Assembly (NCBI GenBank): GCA_963599585.1
Contig: CAVBXG010000003.1
Location: 11,346 to 75,345 of the forward strand
Source: a bacterium
Lineage (GTDB): Bacteria > Spirochaetota > Spirochaetia > Treponematales > Treponemataceae
Length of the DNA stretch: 64,000 nucleotides
Reading direction: 5' to 3'
The translations under genes and the position numbers were made by a program. The notes below the pieces were generated by a model. That model was not told where the DNA came from, ran no database searches, and was given only the letters and a program-made list of their open reading frames with translations. Of the stretch, positions 63,410 to 64,000 are shown one piece after another; the stretch's first letter is position 1; the number at the start of each line of letters is the position of its first letter.

Positions 63410-64000
63410 ATGGCATTGGTTTCAGCAGTAGAAATGGTAAAAAAAGCTCACGCTGGTCACTACGCAATTCCTGCATTCAACACAAATAACCTTGAATGGA
63501 CAAAGTCTATTCTTGCTGGTATTCAGGAAGCAAAATCACCGGCTATCATTCAGGTTTCTGAAGGTGCGGCAAAATACATGGGCGGATACAAGACAGTTGT
63601 AAATCTTGTAAAAGATCTTTATGAATCAATGGGAATCACAGTTCCTGTAGCCCTTCACCTTGACCATGGTACTTACGAAGGTGCAAAAAAAGTTATTGAA
63701 GCTGGATTTACTTCTGTAATGTTCGACGGCTCACACTTTGATTTTGAAGAAAACGTTGCAAAATCAAAAGAAATCATTGAGCTTGCACACGCAAAAGGAA
63801 TGTCTGTAGAATGTGAAGTTGGTGGAATCGGCGGTGTTGAAGACGGTGTTGCTTCTAACGGTGAGCTTGCAGATCCAGAAGAATGCAAAAAAATCGCGGC
63901 TCTTGGCGTTGACTTCCTTGCTGCAGGAATCGGTAACATCCACGGTGTTTATCCAGCTAACTGGGCAGGATTGAACTTTGACCGACTTGGCGAAATCAAC
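63410..64000 (+). CDS. fba: Class II fructose-bisphosphate aldolase, N-terminal part (runs off the window)
   Basis: ATG 63410 is preceded by GGAGG. Translation reads MALVSAVEMVKKAHAGHYAIPAFNTNNLEWTKSILAGIQEAKSPAIIQVSEGAAKYMGG...VALHLDHG...SVMFDGSH, and the frame stays open to the window end. Confidence 0.9.
   Translation, partial: MALVSAVEMVKKAHAGHYAIPAFNTNNLEWTKSILAGIQEAKSPAIIQVSEGAAKYMGGYKTVVNLVKDLYESMGITVPVALHLDHGTYEGAKKVIEAGFTSVMFDGSHFDFEENVAKSKEIIELAHAKGMSVECEVGGIGGVEDGVASNGELADPEECKKIAALGVDFLAAGIGNIHGVYPANWAGLNFDRLGEIN

Noticed and set aside
63330-63431. 33-codon upstream ORF (MSGNTIFQKIVQGHELYDYRNILEVIKWHWFQQ) overlapping the fba start, preceded by AGGA
   Set aside because: It is short, with no conservation evidence available and no obvious leader-peptide logic such as a regulatory codon run. 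It could easily be chance in a 259-nt AT-rich spacer.
1-64000. Search for CRISPR arrays, rRNA/tRNA genes, IS elements, large direct or inverted repeats, and toxin-antitoxin or restriction-modification pairs
   Set aside because: Reading both strands revealed none. Intergenic space is small and is accounted for by promoters and terminators. A computational repeat and Rfam scan would be needed to exclude short or degenerate elements.

Overview
This window reads as a core chromosomal segment of a Treponema-type spirochaete. That inference rests on gene content and order only; no database search was possible. Coding density is very high. I call 56 CDS, two of them truncated by the window edges, mostly in long co-directional minus-strand arrays with many 1-4 nt start/stop overlaps.

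Main blocks:
- 1-12.9 kb: nadK, DegT-like, cheW, comF, mutS, skp, bamA, tamB.
- 13-17.3 kb: tmk, aroB, a cysteine desulfurase and a PUR-alpha-like gene.
- 17.3-34 kb: rnhB, secreted hypotheticals, clpC-mcsB-mcsA, lolCDE, ftsY, prfB.
- 34.3-36.1 kb: a monocistronic surface-lipoprotein gene.
- 38-60.7 kb: one continuous array joining mraZ-rsmH-ftsL-murF-ftsW-ftsQ-ftsA-ftsZ to xerD, a TPR gene, dprA, topA, xerC, hslVU and flgB-flgC-fliE-fliF-fliG-fliH-fliI-fliJ.
- 61.6-63.1 kb: two tandem flaA sheath genes.
- 63.4 kb to the window end: the start of fba.

I found no rRNA, tRNA, CRISPR array, IS element or prophage, and no obvious multi-gene defence-like island.

Signals most worth follow-up:
1. 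A G9 homopolymer lies exactly in the 16-nt spacer of a TTGACA/TAGGAT promoter upstream of a 611-aa Fn3-like lipoprotein. This is a candidate phase-variation switch.
2. An mcsA-mcsB-clpC module is translationally coupled to lolCDE, and the McsB homologue appears to have degenerate phosphagen-kinase motifs.
3. A near-consensus sigma28-type promoter overlaps the mraZ promoter back to back and points into an uncharacterised CoiA-like ORF.
4. An AAAGTGG-type box array with 10-nt phasing sits in the mraZ leader.

All functional calls come from reading the translations and motifs from memory. Start codons are chosen by nearby Shine-Dalgarno-like sequence and are approximate.
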